Origin: Thraustochytrium aureum
Taxonomy: Eukaryota
Length of the DNA: 42,438 nt
Reading direction: 5' to 3'
NCBI GenBank assembly: GCA_012862495.1
Contig: BLSG01000047.1
Location: 1 to 42,438 of the forward strand
Under the pieces are notes generated by a model. That model was not told where the DNA came from, searched no databases, and saw only the letters and a program-made list of their open reading frames with translations. Shown here piece by piece: positions 8,932-20,700 of the stretch (the stretch's first letter is position 1; the number at the start of each line of letters is the position of its first letter). The translations under genes and the position numbers were made by a program.

Positions 8932-11900
8932 CTAGCTCGAGACAAGACTCGCGACGATGACGCTCACGTTGTCCACGGAACGCTCCGTGGCCTGCTTGCA
9001 GAGCGCCTCGGCGGCAGCCTCCGCGTCCTGGTGCTTCTCCAGCTGCTCGCGCACAAAGTTGACGGCGCCCTGATTCGTCATGACGTCCCAAAGACCGTCC
9101 GATGCGATTATCACAAACTCGTCCTTGGCCTCCACATCAAGCGTCGTAAACTCGGGCACAGGAATGACAATCCCGTTGGCGAGGCGCTCGTCGTCCTCAG
9201 GCGAAGGGCCCGATGCCTTCATCTTGGCCAGCGTCTGAATGTCGAGGCCGACGTGCATGATGTCCCCGAACGAGCGCGAGACGGCCAACGCGCCATCTAC
9301 GCGGCCCTTGCGATCGACCGTGCCGCCAGCCTCGCGGATGCGCTTGGTCTCGTCGGGCGACGAGGCCTTGTGGTCGTGCGAAAGCTCGACGGCGCGTCCG
9401 CCCCTGGACAGCACAGCGCGCGAGTCGCCGACCCACGCGCACGTGGCGAGGCGGCTCTTGCTCTTTCCCGGCTGGGCCACGAACAGCATGCACGCCGTGG
9501 AGCCCGCCTTTTGGTATTGGAGCGTCTCCGACTCGTCGTTGGGGCGATCGCCTTTCGTGCGCACCAGGCTCTGGCGCGCCGTGCCGGCCGTGACCTTGCG
9601 CTTGTGCTCGTCTATGTTTTGTGCCGCCGTTTGCAGCATGCGCCGGTCAAACTCGAGGCACCCGGCGCGCACAGCACCGCAAAAGGCCGCCTCGTCGTCC
9701 ACATTGGCAAAGCCCTCTTGCGCTGCAATGACCCGGTGCAGCGACTCCTTGAGGTGGTTTGCCACCAGGTCTCCCCCGTGCCCGTCGTACACGCTCGCGA
9801 AGAAGCACGACGACCCGCTGGGGGCCGACTTGAAGAATCCACCCTCCCGCCCAGCGGGCGAGAGCTTGGGCACCACGCAGGTGGTGTCCTCCATCCGGGC
9901 GCGACCGTTCTGCTCCTTGGCGACTCCATACCGGATTCCGACCCACAGCGCTTTCTTGCCCTTCTTGCATGTCATCACGACGCCCTCCTTGAGAATCGCT
10001 TCGGGCTTGGTGACTCCTGTGGGCTGTGCCGCCTCGCCTTCGGCCTTTTTGGGCCCGCCCGTCGAGGAAACCGGTCGGTGCGACATGCGCTGAAAGTCGT
10101 ACTGGTTGTTGGCGCTGTATTCAGACGCCGGCTCGGCCTTGGCTTTGGGCTGCTGGGCGCTGGGCCTCAGCGCCGTGTCCTCTTCCTCCTCCTCTTCTTC
10201 CTCCTCCTCCTCCTCCTCTTCTTCTTCGTCGTCGCCCTCCTCTTCCACCGCAAGCACATCGTCGCCGAGATTGTCCAGCTCGTTGATTGGGAGCTTGATC
10301 CGCGCCATTCCGCGGCCTCCCGCGTGAGAAGCAGCGCTCGCGCCGAAACCTTCTTGGCCAGACATCTCGGGAGAGCTCGGGCTATTCATGGTGGATTCGC
10401 TGGCACGCGTCACAAGCTGGTCGATGGCAACCTGCTTTTCGGCTTCCGTGGCCTCCGAGGTCTCGTACCGCCCAAGCTTGCGCGTCTTGCTGGCACTCGT
10501 TTCGATGGAGGCGGGCTCCTCGCCCTCGTCGATCGAGAGGAGAGGCAGCTCCTCAGAGCCCTCCTCCGTGACCCAGTCGTGCTGCATCGTCTGCCGCAAC
10601 GTGAGCCGGGATTTGGGGTCCTTGACCAGGAGCTGCGAGATGAGGTTCTTCAAGTGCGGGGAATAGTTTTTCTTGTTCCAGTCCGCGGGAAAGAGAAGCT
10701 CGTCGTTCTTGACCTTTTTCGAGAGCTTGATCTCGTCGTCCGACATCCAGGGCGGCGTCCCTGTGACAAACATGAACAAGGTGGCTCCGCACGACCAGAG
10801 GTCGACGGCAGGGCCGTCGTAGACCTCCGAGTCTTCAACCAGCAGCTCGGGCGCCATGAAAGCCGGCGTCCCGGTCACGCCGGAGATCCACTTGGTGTCG
10901 CCCACGACGATGCGCGCTGCGCCAAAGTCTGCGATCTTGACCACGTTGTCACGTGTCAGCAGCAGGTTCATCGGCTTGATATCCCGGTGGATGATGCCCT
11001 GCATGTGCAGGTACTGAAGCCCCTGCAGCACGTCGCGAAAGTACTCGCGCGCAGTTCCCTCCGACAAAGGCTCGTTGTCCTCGAGCCCGTTCATGATGGC
11101 GCCATTCTCGCAATACTCTGTCACGATGTACAAGTACTCAGCAGCCGGGTCGTCGATGACGGCCACCATGTTGACAATGTTGGGGTGCTGCAGCCGCTTC
11201 ATGATAGCCACCTCCTGCCGCATTTCGTCCAAGCCCGGGACGTGCTTGGACAGGTTTTCGTTGCGGTTGATCTGGCCCTTGTCGATGATCTTGATCGCAA
11301 ACTGCTCGCCGGTCTCCTCGTGGATGCAGAGGCGCACGCGCCCAAACGTCCCGCGCCCGATTTCGCGCTTGAGCACAAACCCGTTGATCACCTTGTGGCC
11401 GCCTCGCGACGACTTGTCCACTTTTGAGTTTTCGATCAGCGACTTTTGCAGCTGCAGCGCCGAGTTGGATGCCGAGGACATGCTGCTGCTGCCCAGCGAG
11501 CTGCGCCGACCGTGGATCGCCCCGCCGGATTGGCCCCCCAGGGGGAGAGCGCTCACCCAGTCGTTTTCGCCNNNNNNNNNNNNNNNNNNNNNNNNNNNNN
11601 NNNNNNNNNNNNNNNNNNNNNNNNNNNNNNNNNNNNNNNNNNNNNNNNNNNNNNNNNNNNNNNNNNNNNNNNNNNNNNNNNNNNNNNNNNNNNNNNNNNN
11701 NNNNNNNNNNNNNNNNNNNNNNNNNNNNNNNNNNNNNNNNNNNNNNNNNNNNNNNNNNNNNNNNNNNNNNNNNNNNNNNNNNNNNNNNNNNNNNNNNNNN
11801 NNNNNNNNNNNNNNNNNNNNNNNNNNNNNNNNNNNNNNNNNNNNNNNNNNNNNNNNNNNNNNNNNNNNNNNNNNNNNNNNNNNNNNNNNNNCGTACGACA

Positions 11901-13104
11901 GACGCCGGTCTCCGTTGGCGCTGTCGAACGAGCCCGTGGCTTTGCGGTTCTTGCGCGCGTCGCGCTTGGACCGCCGCCGGCGGATGACCTGGTCGTCCGA
12001 AGTCAGCAGGTTGTTGAACTCGTTCTCCTGCTTGATGAGCTCCTGAAAGTCGCGCGCTTTGAGCTGCATGCAAATCAGCTGCTCGCTCGCGCGCACCGTC
12101 GCAAGGCGCGGCGCCCCGGAGAGGAGAGCCATCTGCCCGAACGTGTGGCCCTCGTACAAGTGCGTCGAGACCTCCCCGTTCTCCTCGACGACGGCGCTGC
12201 CCTTGCTGATCATGTAGAAGGCGTCGCCGACCTCGCCCTGTTCCACGACGACCTCGCCCTTCTCGAAAATCTTGGGGGTCAGCTTGCGCACGATAGAGAT
12301 TTGCATTTCTTCGCTCGGCAGCTTGCTCAGGAGCGGGATTTTTTGCACAATCATGAAGACGCGGATCTTTTCAAACTTTTCAAACCCGGCCTTGCTCAGG
12401 TACATCACGGTGGACGGCCCGATCGACGACACGTTGCTGTTGCGCGCCTGCCCGTACACGAGCGCGAGCTCGCCAAAGTAGTCGTGCCCGTACAAGTGCG
12501 TGATGTCACGCGACTCGCCGGAGGCCTCGACGCGCCACACCACTGCCTCGCCGTCCACGATCACGTACATGCGGTCCCCCTTGTCGCCTTGCTTGACGAT
12601 GAGGTCCCCGTCCTTGTACCGCTCGACGCGAAGCTCCTCGAACAGTTGCACCTGATGCTCCTTCGGGAACTGGGCGAAGAACGGCACCTGGCACAGCACG
12701 TCAAAGTTGCTTCGCACGATCTCCTCGCGCTCCTCGCGCTCCTTGTCGACGAAAAGCCCTTCGTCCTCGGCGATGTCCACAAGATCGTCAAGGTCGCCCA
12801 GGTCGTCGTCGTCGTCGCCCCCGGAGGACGAGGACCCGCTCCCGGACTCGACCTCCTCGACTTGATCATCCGATTCGCTGTCGTCGCCGCCTTTCGCCTT
12901 GCTCGCCGGTTTCTTCCGTCCGAGCCCACCGCGGCTCAAGTTGGCCGGCGCATTTCGCTTCATCGCCTCTTCTTCGGTCTGCTCCCCAGCGCCGGATCCT
13001 TCCTGCTTCGAAGCAGCTTCAGACTCGACCTCTTGGACGCCACTTCCGGACGACGTGGCGGTATCCGGTTGGATCGGCCCCTTCTTCTTGAAAAAACGAC
13101 GCAT
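8932..13104 (-). CDS. Fusion protein: 2x cyclic-nucleotide-binding domain + CaMKK-like Ser/Thr kinase + PP2C phosphatase (internal gap 11572-11891)
   Basis: cNMP cassettes YFGELALVYGQARNSNV and TFGQMALLSGAPRLATV. Kinase GRGTFGRV, AIK, HRDIKPMN, DFG, GTPAFMAPE. PP2C RARMED, DGHGG, GSTA, VGDSR, DHK, SRSFGD, SDGLWD, DNVS. Confidence 0.93.
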   Translation of the reverse strand: MRRFFKKKGPIQPDTATSSGSGVQEVESEAASKQEGSGAGEQTEEEAMKRNAPANLSRGGLGRKKPASKAKGGDDSESDDQVEEVESGSGSSSSGGDDDDDLGDLDDLVDIAEDEGLFVDKEREEREEIVRSNFDVLCQVPFFAQFPKEHQVQLFEELRVERYKDGDLIVKQGDKGDRMYVIVDGEAVVWRVEASGESRDITHLYGHDYFGELALVYGQARNSNVSSIGPSTVMYLSKAGFEKFEKIRVFMIVQKIPLLSKLPSEEMQISIVRKLTPKIFEKGEVVVEQGEVGDAFYMISKGSAVVEENGEVSTHLYEGHTFGQMALLSGAPRLATVRASEQLICMQLKARDFQELIKQENEFNNLLTSDDQVIRRRRSKRDARKNRKATGSFDSANGDRRLSYXXXXXXXXXXXXXXXXXXXXXXXXXXXXXXXXXXXXXXXXXXXXXXXXXXXXXXXXXXXXXXXXXXXXXXXXXXXXXXXXXXXXXXXXXXXXXXXXXXXXXXXXXXXGENDWVSALPLGGQSGGAIHGRRSSLGSSSMSSASNSALQLQKSLIENSKVDKSSRGGHKVINGFVLKREIGRGTFGRVRLCIHEETGEQFAIKIIDKGQINRNENLSKHVPGLDEMRQEVAIMKRLQHPNIVNMVAVIDDPAAEYLYIVTEYCENGAIMNGLEDNEPLSEGTAREYFRDVLQGLQYLHMQGIIHRDIKPMNLLLTRDNVVKIADFGAARIVVGDTKWISGVTGTPAFMAPELLVEDSEVYDGPAVDLWSCGATLFMFVTGTPPWMSDDEIKLSKKVKNDELLFPADWNKKNYSPHLKNLISQLLVKDPKSRLTLRQTMQHDWVTEEGSEELPLLSIDEGEEPASIETSASKTRKLGRYETSEATEAEKQVAIDQLVTRASESTMNSPSSPEMSGQEGFGASAASHAGGRGMARIKLPINELDNLGDDVLAVEEEGDDEEEEEEEEEEEEEEEEDTALRPSAQQPKAKAEPASEYSANNQYDFQRMSHRPVSSTGGPKKAEGEAAQPTGVTKPEAILKEGVVMTCKKGKKALWVGIRYGVAKEQNGRARMEDTTCVVPKLSPAGREGGFFKSAPSGSSCFFASVYDGHGGDLVANHLKESLHRVIAAQEGFANVDDEAAFCGAVRAGCLEFDRRMLQTAAQNIDEHKRKVTAGTARQSLVRTKGDRPNDESETLQYQKAGSTACMLFVAQPGKSKSRLATCAWVGDSRAVLSRGGRAVELSHDHKASSPDETKRIREAGGTVDRKGRVDGALAVSRSFGDIMHVGLDIQTLAKMKASGPSPEDDERLANGIVIPVPEFTTLDVEAKDEFVIIASDGLWDVMTNQGAVNFVREQLEKHQDAEAAAEALCKQATERSVDNVSVIVASLVSS

Positions 13105-13466
13105 GCTAGCCTCGCAGCCACCACGACGTCAATCGATCACCTGTCCCCTCTGCGTCCTCTGCGTCCGCCGCCGGGGCCTCGAGCGAGCGCCTGCGCGCAA
13201 GCCCGGGCGCGCAAGCGGGCGCAAGCCGCCGCCGCCGCCGCTGNNNNNNNNNNNNNNNNNNNNNNNNNNNNNNNNNNNNNNNNNNNNNNNNNNNNNNNNN
13301 NNNNNNNNNNNNNNNNNNNNNNNNNNNNNNNNNNNNNNNNNNNNNNNNNNNNNNNNNNNNNNNNNNNNNNNNNNNNNNNNNNNNNNNNNNNNNNNNNNNN
13401 NNNNNNNNNNNNNNNTGCCGTTCTGCGCGCCTGCCCGAGCGTTACGTGTCTGTCTGCTCAGGGTGG

Positions 13467-13743
13467 GCTTGCCGTTTCTTCTTCTTGCGACTCGAAGACT
13501 GACTTGCCAGCCGCTCGCCAGGCTGCGGGCCTCGAGAGCGTGGCGGACGAAGCGCCGAGAGCCCGGGGCGCGCCAAGGGCGGTGTCCAGTGCCATTGTCC
13601 AGGGCCATTGCGGTGGCCTCGGGCTTAATCGAGAGTCCGTGCTTGCCGTTTCTTCTTCTTGCGACTCGAAGACCGACATGCCTCTTGGTGAAAGCCACGC
13701 GTCGGAGCCCGGGGCAACTGTCCAGTGCCATTGCGGCGGCCTC
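13467..13743. repeat. Direct duplication, period ~174 bp, in the divergent intergenic region
   Basis: 33-nt identical GCTTGCCGTTTCTTCTTCTTGCGACTCGAAGAC at 13467 and 13641; GAGCCCGGGGC, TGTCCAGTGCCATTG and CATTGCGG(T/C)GGCCTC are also duplicated. Confidence 0.9.
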
Positions 13744-14294
13744 TTGCCTGATCGAGCGTGGTGGCTGGGCGCGCTCGAGCGGCGAACGAACGAGCATGAG
13801 CATGCGTCAGGTCAAGGCCGCCAAACATGTCAGCCTTGTCGTCAGCTCCAACTTGCTAGATCTTGGCCGCGCCACGTACATCCGTCGGCGCTGCAGAGCG
13901 ATGGCTTCTGCAGCACGCACTGGGCCGCGTGGACCGCGAGCCAATAGCGAACGCACGCGTCAAAAGGAGAGCGTTCGACGGATGTGCCCGACATCCATCC
14001 ATCCATCCATCCACACCTCAAGAGCTTCTTGCTTGCTAGAATCATCCGAGCGAGGGAGGCGCACGCTAGAAGAGCCCCCCTGCCAGGCGCCGCCATCGCG
14101 ATGCGGAAAGGCGCCGCCTCGCCGGCCGCCAGCCACGACAGGTCACGGGCCCGACCGCCATGGAGGGTAGCGAAGATGGTACATGGGCAACTAAATGCTG
14201 TACGTCATGGCTTCCCGATGCTGCCGACGGCCCCGCCTCGATGCAACCCCGACACACTACCACATTCACGCACTGGAGCCCGCCGGGGCTCGAG

Positions 14295-14669
14295 ATGTCC
14301 AGGTCGAGCGCGGGCTGGAAGTCCCTTGCGCCACTGCTGGAGTGTCTGCAGGGCGAACAGGTTGTGGTCGAGCTCAAGGATGGCCTGCAGGTGACGGGGC
14401 TTGTTGACGCCGTGCAGCTGGACGACCTCAGCGTGGTGCTCGGCAAGGCCACGCAAACCTGGACGCAAGGGCGTCGCAAGGGGCGCAGAGGCCCGGACAT
14501 GGAGCTCGTGCTGATTGCCGGGGCGAGGATTCGGTACATACACTTCCCAACGCGGGTCAACTTGGACGCCGAGCTGCGCGAGTGGCAGGCGCGCAGGGCC
14601 AAGGCTGCGTTTAAGCGCAACTTTATCGTGGACCGGCCACGAGGCGGCCTGCCGGAGCAGCGCGAGTAG
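14295..14669 (+). CDS. LSM10: Sm-like protein, Lsm10-like (124 aa)
   Basis: KSLAPLLECLQGEQVVVELKDGLQVTGLVDAV (Sm1) and LVLIAGARIRYIHFPTRVNL (Sm2). The SL..LL..LQG and RY(I/V)H.P..VN features are Lsm10-like. No C-terminal RG tail as in SmD1/D3. Confidence 0.75.
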   Translation: MSRSSAGWKSLAPLLECLQGEQVVVELKDGLQVTGLVDAVQLDDLSVVLGKATQTWTQGRRKGRRGPDMELVLIAGARIRYIHFPTRVNLDAELREWQARRAKAAFKRNFIVDRPRGGLPEQRE

Positions 14670-14742
14670 CGCGCGCAAATCGTTTGAACGTAAATCGTTT
14701 GTCTCTCTAGAGCTAGCGCTCGCCCGCGCAGACCAAGCCGAA

Positions 14743-17700
14743 TCACACGTCGGCCCACCCCTCAGCGGCCATCGGGCGAAAGTCGTTGTCCATCAGCGTG
14801 CACTTGATCGCGTAGAGCAGCTTGGTCCGCATGATCTCCTTGGTCGTGTACTTTGGCAGCGCCAGCGAAAAGAAACAGGTCTGCGCGCAAGGAAGGTACG
14901 AGTCAGGATCCGAGACAGCACCCCCAGTCGGCGCGGTGATCTTAAAGTTCATCGGCATGTCCGTGGCCGTGTTGGGCATCCGAGAGCGCGCCCAGGCAAA
15001 CCGCAAAAAACTCGGTGCGCTGGTCCGGCGTCATCTCCTCCAAGACCTCCCACAGCCACCGCACGTGCTCGTCGGATACAGCAACGCCCTCGTACTCGGT
15101 GCACTCTTGAGCAAGTTGATGTCCATCTGGCTTTGCCCGCACATGAGGACCTCCAGCTCGCGCTCAGTGAAAAGCGAAAACAGCTCGACGGGCACCACCG
15201 CCGCGAGCCCCGCCTTGAAAGCGTTGAGCTGCGGCAGCGCCTCCTCGAGGCGGACTCGCGGCGCCATCTCCAGGAATCGAGCCGCATTCTCAAAGTCGAG
15301 CGCGATCTCGGCGCCACCCGGCACCACCGGGACGATCGTGCCGTCGCTCAGCGCAACCTCGAGGCACCTATCGACGCCGAGCNNNNNNNNNNNNNNNNNN
15401 NNNNNNNNNNNNNNNNNNNNNNNNNNNNNNNNNNNNNNNNNNNNNNNNNNNNNNNNNNNNNNNNNNNNNNNNNNNNNNNNNNNNNNNNNNNNNNNNNNNN
15501 NNNNNNNNNNNNNNNNNNNNNNNNNNNNNNNNNNNNNNNNNNNNNNNNNNNNNNNNNNNNNNNNNNNNNNNNNNNNNNNNNNNNNNNNNATCCCCATCTG
15601 CAGCCCGTGGCGAACTGCCATCCCCACCAGCTTCCCCAGAAAGGCGAACCGCTTCAGCGCCTGCGGGGCGCGCATCTCCGGCGCTGGGTTCAGGACAAAC
15701 TTGTCGCGCCCGACGTCGCCAGTAGAGTTGTACCGGTTCGGCGAGGGCACAAACAGGGGCAGCAAGCAGGCATTCCGCGAGTCCGCCCACTCGTGGTCGT
15801 TCTGCAGCTCGTCAGCGACCTGCTCAAACACCGCACGGTACGGCCCGCCATAGTCCTTGACGCCTTCGCCCAAAAACTTGACCTTGAACGCGCGCCGCTG
15901 CCCGCCGTGGCCCTTGCCCACGTGCGCGCGACGCAGCGAGTGGTCGCTCCACTTCGAAACTTCAGCGTACAGCTGGCCGAATACCGAGGCGTCCATACGC
16001 TGCTGCGTGTTCGCAATCGAAGCCAGCTTGGGCGCAGCGGCGCGGATGCGGTTCACGTTCACCATTCTGATCTGAGGAGGGTCGTCGTATTCGTCCGTCG
16101 CCAGCGGTGTCGGCGTCGTCGTAGCCGCCAATGCGCTTTCCCAAAAAGCTTCTTCGTCCACGTCAGCAAAAGCTGGCGCAGCCGGCCGAGCACCACCCCC
16201 AGGCTCGTGCCCATCTCTTGGCCGCCACGGAGCTCCTCGAGCGACACGAATGGCAGAGCGCGCCGCACCATGCAGTTCAGCAGCCGCAGTACCGCCGCGC
16301 GGGCTTGGGCCTGCTTGGCCGGGATTTGGACCGACGGGGCTGCCTCACGCGGGGCCGACACCGCCGGGGCTTGAGATCCCGACTCCGGGCCGCCCTCAGT
16401 GCTGCTGATGCTCAGCGGGCCGATCTCGGCGAGAGGCAGGTTGAGCGGCTCGAGGCCCAGGACGTTGCAGCGCACATTCATCAGGTGCACCAACTGCACA
16501 TCGGCGGCGAGCGTCCAGACCGCGGGGTCCGTTGCCAAGGCAACAAACTCCTGCAGCGACTCCGCCTTGGCTCTCAACACCGCGGCTGGCGCGGTTTCCT
16601 CAGGCGCTTGCTCCAAGACCTCGAGAAGGCCGAGCTCTTCGGGCTCCCAGTACCACGCGCACGACGCGCCCTCCTCCATACCTTCATGGCCCCCGCCTTG
16701 CTGCGACTCAACGCGGTACCAGATCCGGGACCGGTGCGCCCCAAGGACGACCGCCTCTTCGGGGGCCTCCAGGTCGCGCCCGCAACTTTGGAGGATTCGG
16801 ACGCGGTCGCCGGCGCGAAACCCTCGACGTCCGTTCTCGAGCGTCACATGGTCTCCGCTCGCAGCTTCGCATGCTGCGGCACAAGCATCGACCTCGACCG
16901 TCTGCCCCCTCGCGCGCGCTGGGTATCGCCGCAGTATCGCGCCGTCAAGCCCCGCCCACCGTTCGTAGTGACGCCAGGCGCGACTCACGAACGAGTCTGG
17001 CAGCGCTGCCCCGCGCCCGCCGGCCTTCACCGGCAGCCAATGGTCTCGCAAAAGCCCCTCCGTCTCAGCAATATCGCTCAGCGTGCGGCTCGGGCTGCGC
17101 CGCGGCACAGACATCCACTTGGAGGTCACGCGCACGCAATTGCCCCGCGACCGCCGCAGGCCGATCGTCGGGTAGAGCGTCAACGGACTGCTCCGGTCCA
17201 CTCGCGCGTCCGAGTGGCCCTGCAGCTGCGACCCGGAAAATGCCACGCCGAGGTCCTTCATCGTGTGCTGCCCAAACTTGATCCCGTCCAAGAAAAACGA
17301 GAGGATGCCCTGCTCCATATCAAGGCAGACCCCGATCGTGTCGCCCGTTCCGAAAAACTCGCCGTAGATCTGCTCGTTGCNNNNNNNNNNNNNNNNNNNN
17401 NNNNNNNNNNNNNNNNNNNNNNNNNNNNNNNNNNNNNNNNNNNNNNNNNNNNNNNNNNNNNNNNNNNNNNNNNNNNNNNNNNNNNNNNNNNNNNNNNNNN
17501 NNNNNNNNNNNNNNNNNNNNNNNNNNNNNNNNNNNNNNNNNNNNNNNNNNNNNNNNNNNNNNNNNNNNNNNNNNNNNNNNNNNNNNNNNNNAAAGTTGAC
17601 GTACCCATACGCGGCGGGGGGGCGGTCCCAGCGGCGAAGAAACGCCATCTGCGTCCCCGCAGGAAAGACCCCCTGGCGGCCGCTCCGCCACCCCCACGAA

Positions 17701-20700
17701 GACAGAGCCATAGTCGGGCGACGCCGACTCGATCTTGACTTCCCAGTAGTGCACGCCGCCACTAAACCCGACGCTACCGAGCGCTAGGCCTCGCGAGTCC
17801 GCATCGAACGGGCTCAGGGTCACCATGTGGTCCTCATCCGTGACTAGCATGGAGGAGCCAGTGGTGTCCGTGTTGAGCTCGAACAGGTATCGCTCGCGGA
17901 ACGACACGGTCCCCGACACGACAAGGCTGGCGTCCGCAGCTCGCTCGGCCACCTCTTCCTCGTCCTCCTCCGACTCTGACTCGTCCGTCTTGCTGGTTGC
18001 GTCAGAGGCTGTCGCACAGCGCACCGCAAGCGCGACCTCCTTGGGACTTGCTCCCTCCGCGCCGGGCTTTGGCGCATCAACGAGCTCGGCGAGAAGACAG
18101 CGAGGGCTCACTGCGACTGCAACGCTCGTGTCCGGTCCTTGCTCCCGAAACACGAGCTCGCCACGCTCCTCATCAGGCCCCATCTCAAGCGTGTCAAGGA
18201 CATACTGGACAGTGCACAGCGCGCTGCACTCAAGCGTGGCGGTGCGGTCCCCTGCGGAAACTGTGCACTTGACCTGCCCAGCCATCTGCTGCACGTCGTG
18301 CTCCAAACCATTCGTTATCGTCGCCACCGAAGCGTTGCTGTCCGACTTGCTTCGGCCAGAGTCGCGGGGCTGGCCTGCTGGGCTGGGAATACCGAGCATT
18401 GCAGCTGCGCGGCGCCCGAGCGGGGCAAGTCCGCTTTCCCCGAGAGCAGCTGCCCCGCCGCGTCCCATCAGCGGCCGCAACAGCGCCTCCAGCAGGTCAG
18501 CGTCGCCGAGTTCTTCGAGCGCTGAAAGGTCCACCGCAAATGATCGGTCTTGGCCGGGCCGCTGGATTAGCACGCGCTGGGCGGCGCGGAGGCCCGAAGC
18601 GCCCCCGCCTCCACCAGAGCTCCGCGCTTTGGCGCCCTCGGGTGTGTGCGCTTCGCCCTTCTTCCGAGCCTCGACCGCCTCCAACTTGGCGGCAAGCGCC
18701 TCGCGCTTTGCAATATCATTCACGTGTGCTGGAACCTGAATGTGGTCAAGCGAGACGCTAAATGTACCCGTCACGTTGCCTGTGCCATCACGCTTCAGCT
18801 TGTAGCACGTCCCCGGCACCCACTCTTCGCGGCCGAAACGCCCATGCCAGCCGCGCCTCGCGGTGCCCTGGACCAAGTGCGTCTCCTTCAGCTCAAACTC
18901 GTCCGGCCCGGTGCATACACCCCTGAGACCAACGCGCGCCGTGAACTCGGGCAGCTCAAGACTGCCAGATACGACTTGGCCCACTCGGATGGGGCCAGCG
19001 TCGAGCCACAGCTGAGCACCGAGCCGCAGCCGGTCGCCGAGGACAGCTCGCGACTCGGCATAGCTGTTGGGCGATGCCGACCCGAGAACCTGCACGGCGC
19101 GCCGCTCGAGCTCGTCCGAGTCACGTTGGGCCTCATGAGCCTTGCGGATCGTGTTTTCGTCGAGCCTGACCACGCGAGACTTGTCCTCAGCTAAACGCAC
19201 CACTACGACCTCCCACTCAACGTGGCCCTCGTTCTTGATCCCTACCTTGGTGTATTTTGACGTTTCTGCCTCGCCCTCGTCGTCTTGCCCGTCTTCGTCT
19301 TCCGCCTCCTCGTCGTCCTCGTCTTCGATTTCCTCCTCGGCGTTTGCCTGCACTGGTGCCCCACTCTCGCTTCGACCAGCGCCGGTCGTCCCACCAACGG
19401 CGCTGCCTGCCTCGCCGGGGGCTCCCTTTGCGGCGAGCGCGTCGTCGTGCTCGTCGTCCTCGTCCATTGTGTCCGCACCGTCGTCGACGCTGCCCTCCGT
19501 TACTGTCGCGGACACTGTACCGCCATCCTCCACCTCGGACGGCTGAACAGCAGTCTCGCTGTTTGACGCTTCATTCAGCGCTTTCCAATTGACGCGGACA
19601 CCATCAGGCTCTATCTCGACAACCACGCCCAACTTGCCGGCGCCGCCGTCGCGGTTCCCGTCGGTCCAGTCAGGCCCGCGAACAACGAGGTCTCCAACTC
19701 GCACTTGCTGCAAGAACAAGTCCCGCAGTGAAGGCGGCCGACACGGCCCGGTGCTCGCCCTGCCGGGCGCTGTGTCGCTTACCGACACTGGAAGGTCGGG
19801 AATAGGAAGCTGGTAAAGGGTCCCTGTGCATGCCATAGGGAGAGCAGCGACGCAGTCGTCGTGCTCGACAATGGCCGACCCAGTCGGGTCGTCCAAGAGT
19901 TCAATTCCAGCACGGTGGCTCACCGGCGCCGTCGCGCACAACTCGACCAGGACCTGAAGGTATTGCGAGTTTACCGGCGCTGTTGTGCCTGTGCACTCGA
20001 TCATGCGCTCCGCGGTTGCCCAGATGCGCTCGCGAGGTACGAGCCTCATCAAGCGCTCGAACAGCGCCGGGGACCGCGTACGTTCAGCCTGCAAAAGGTC
20101 GCACATCTGACGCGCTGCGATCGTCTTGAGGGCGACGCTTGGCGACCGAAGGGACAGGCTCCACGCTGCAAATAGCGCTGTCTTGGCCTCCTCCGGCACA
20201 GAGGCGCCCTCGAGAACAAAGACCGTAAACCAGAGCGCAAAGCTAACACTCGGCAGCTCCACAATCGTCGGCTCTACAAAGGCAAGCTCCTCTTCCGCCC
20301 CCGCATCGCTCGCTTGAGCTGCGTCTGGCGCTTGCGCTGGCGTGTCAAAGTCGCCAGCCGCTCCAGTCTCCCCCGTTCGCAACTGCCACACCATCTCGCT
20401 CTCCCGGAGCAGTTTGGCGACTCCAAAGCGTTTCGCCTCGTCGAACGCCCTTTCCATCGCATCAGGCGCCTGCCAAGGCACTGCTGCAAACGCACGCGTC
20501 GACGCTCGCGAAAGCTCGCTCGCCACTCTGTCCACAACGCAACTCTGGAGAGGCGACACTTGCGCGAGCAAAAACGCAAGCGCGGATCGAAGTCGATCGA
20601 GAAGCGGGACGTTGCGCAACGCAGCGCGAGGCTTTGACGAGGCGGCAGCCGGGTCAAGCGCGCCGTCAAACCGTCCTTGCCCATGCACCACCTCGTCGTT

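Noticed and set aside
14690..14742. U7-like snRNA next to the Lsm10-like gene (TTTGTCTCTCTAG)
   Set aside because: Only loosely like the U7 Sm site AAUUUGUCUAG, no convincing 3' hairpin, and it lies in the 73-nt spacer between convergent stops.
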